A DNA stretch of 64,000 bases, from the NCBI GenBank assembly GCA_965178125.1, contig OZ237736.1, positions 620,001 to 684,000 of the forward strand, given 5' to 3'. Shown piece by piece: positions 62,311 through 64,000 of the stretch. Both the position numbers and the translations under genes were made by a program. Below the pieces are notes generated by a model, which was given only the letters and a program-made list of their open reading frames with translations, did not search any database and had not been told where the DNA came from. Position 1 is the stretch's first letter; each line of letters begins with the position of its first letter. This stretch comes from Bilabrum cf. latius (lineage: Eukaryota).

Positions 62311-64000
62311 ATGCGCAGTGTGGTTCGAAGGAGTATCAAAACGCTTTCAAGGTCACTTAGTGCGGGTGTTCCTGCTGCAGTTCCCAGTAGGACGTGTGCT
62401 GGACTCGCATCGGCAGTATCCCCGGCTGCTGACGGCAGCCATGTGCACGTGATGAAGTTTTCTGGGTCTCAGCTTGACGGTGCTATTGCTCTAAAGTAGA
62501 TTGCAGATTCAATCAGGGAGGCAGAGGCTGGAGATGATAAGTAAGAAGTGCTTGGTTCGTGTATCGTTCCTGGCCATCCAGGACGGATATTTAATGGAAG
62601 CCCTGCTGTGGTTTTTACAATCTTTTGCCTCTACATTTTTGGCGAAAATAAATAAGCGGGACTTTAATTTCCTCATGCAGTAATCAAGCATGCATAGATT
62701 TCCCGTTTCGCAGGTTGGTGGTAGTTCTATCCGCTCTGGCAGGCGTTACGAACTCCCTGTACAAGATTTTGCAAGATTTTGACGCCGGTGCAAGCGTGGA
62801 ATCGCTGAAAGATGATATTAGTGCGCTATTGTCTCTGCATGCCGGGACAGCAACGGATCTTTTGGGCCCTCAAGCTTCCCGACAGGTCATCGAGAACATC
62901 GAACTGGCCCTTGAGCATCACCTGCTGGGCAGATTGCGCTACGCCCGGGAGCGCGAGGGACCGTTGGTACCGTTAGACCGAGACATTATTTGCTCATTAG
63001 GAGAAAGATTCTCTGCCTACATTTTGACGGAATATTTGAGTGAGCACGGCCTGCAGGACCGTGCTGCGCTGGTGCCAGCCGAGCAAGTGATCGTGACCGA
63101 TGGGAAGCCGGGGGCTAGCATGCCCCTCATGGCGGAGACATAGAGCAAGGCAAGGGCGGTTCTAGCACCCATGCTGGCCCAGGGCACGGTTCCGATCGTC
63201 CCTGGATTCTACGGCGGCTCCATTTAGGACGGGGCAGCGACAACGCTTGGTCGCAAGGGCGGTGATCTGTCTGCTGCCATGCTGGGGTACGCTCTCGATG
63301 CGGAGGGGGTAGACTTGTATCACCTGGAGCAGGATCCGTCCAAGGCAACTTTTACGCAGGCGAACCACAGCTTCAGTGACCAGAGGGAGCACGGAGCAAG
63401 TGCTCCGGGGCGAGCAGGCGACCCTGCTCGCTCTGGAGCAGGTGCCTCAGAATGGCGCGCAGACCACAACGGCAGCCACTCAGACGTGGTCGAAAACCTC
63501 ACGTACGAAGCCGCCGAGGAGCTGTGTGCCCTGGGCCAGGACGCCGTGCACAGGGGCTCGGTGGGTCCTCTGCGTCGCAAGGGAATCCCCTTCACGGTGG
63601 CCTCGAGCCTGGGCGCAGAGGACGAAGACACCACCACCATCCAGTCGGAAGTGGATTTGTACGGGAACGAGGGAGCTGTGGGAGGGGAGGCCCCCGCCCA
63701 TGCCGCTGGTGGGGCGGGCCAGGGGTGGGCCGTGGAGGACCGTGTCTCCGCGGTGCATTCCATTGCAGTGCCTGAGTTTGAGCGGAGGTCGAATCGCCCC
63801 CTGGCCATGGACTGGGAGCAGCTGCCCCCCGAGCTGGAGAGGGACGCCTCCACGATCGTCCCCCTCGTGGGGTCATCCCTGATGCGGGACCAGAAGAGGC
63901 TCCGGAAGCTCACTTCGAGGGCGCTTCAGGAGGCCGGGGTGAAGTTTGCTGTTCCCTAGCGCGTGACCGGCTCCGAGCACAGCTTCTCCGTGGTGGTTCC
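62311..64000 (+). CDS. Aspartokinase-like protein (amino acid kinase domain) with a mitochondrial presequence, truncated at the window end
   Basis: VMKFSGS, VVVLSALAGVTNSL, SLGERFSA, VPIVPGFYG, TTLGRKGGDLSA and LTYEAAEELC. Intron 62541-62713. TAG at 62497, 63141, 63225 and 63957. Confidence 0.8.

Noticed and set aside
1-64000. Mass pseudogenisation or sequencing error as the cause of the internal stops
   Set aside because: The interruptions are only TAG, frames are preserved, and essential genes keep intact catalytic motifs. Random decay would also give TAA, TGA and frameshifts, as seen in the 15.6-16.5 kb relic.
1-64000. Ciliate-type code (UAA and UAG both Gln) or pyrrolysine/selenocysteine recoding
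   Set aside because: TAA terminates SDR and ALG10 at their expected C-termini and was not seen inside domains. TAG is too frequent and too context-free for special recoding.

Overview
This is a gene-dense, GC-rich eukaryotic nuclear window with GT-AG introns of about 77-180 nt. Stramenopile (bicosoecid/Cafeteria-like) protist is my inference from gene style only. The main signal is a non-standard genetic code. Almost every recognisable gene (FEN1, ArgD, ALG10, SDR, vanin, aspartokinase, MSH2-like, Dabb, LRR, DUSP12-like, RBR ligase) is interrupted by in-frame TAG codons, and I found no in-frame TAA or TGA inside a conserved domain. Several TAGs sit at conserved Gln positions or inside CAG poly-Q runs, and the genes end in TGA or TAA. 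The best reading is UAG=Gln with UAA and UGA still stops, equivalent to NCBI table 15. Re-reading with this code joins the fragmented ORF track into about 22 genes. These include a CBS-domain voltage-sensing phosphatase, a chromodomain/H1-like/multi-TM protein and a ~2,530-aa UBZ-MIB/HERC2-ANK-UIM-RBR E3 ligase. The only large intergenic gap (about 15.1-16.9 kb) holds a decayed TnpB/Fanzor-like nuclease relic next to a 24-bp hairpin. All calls come from manual reading; no database search was run.
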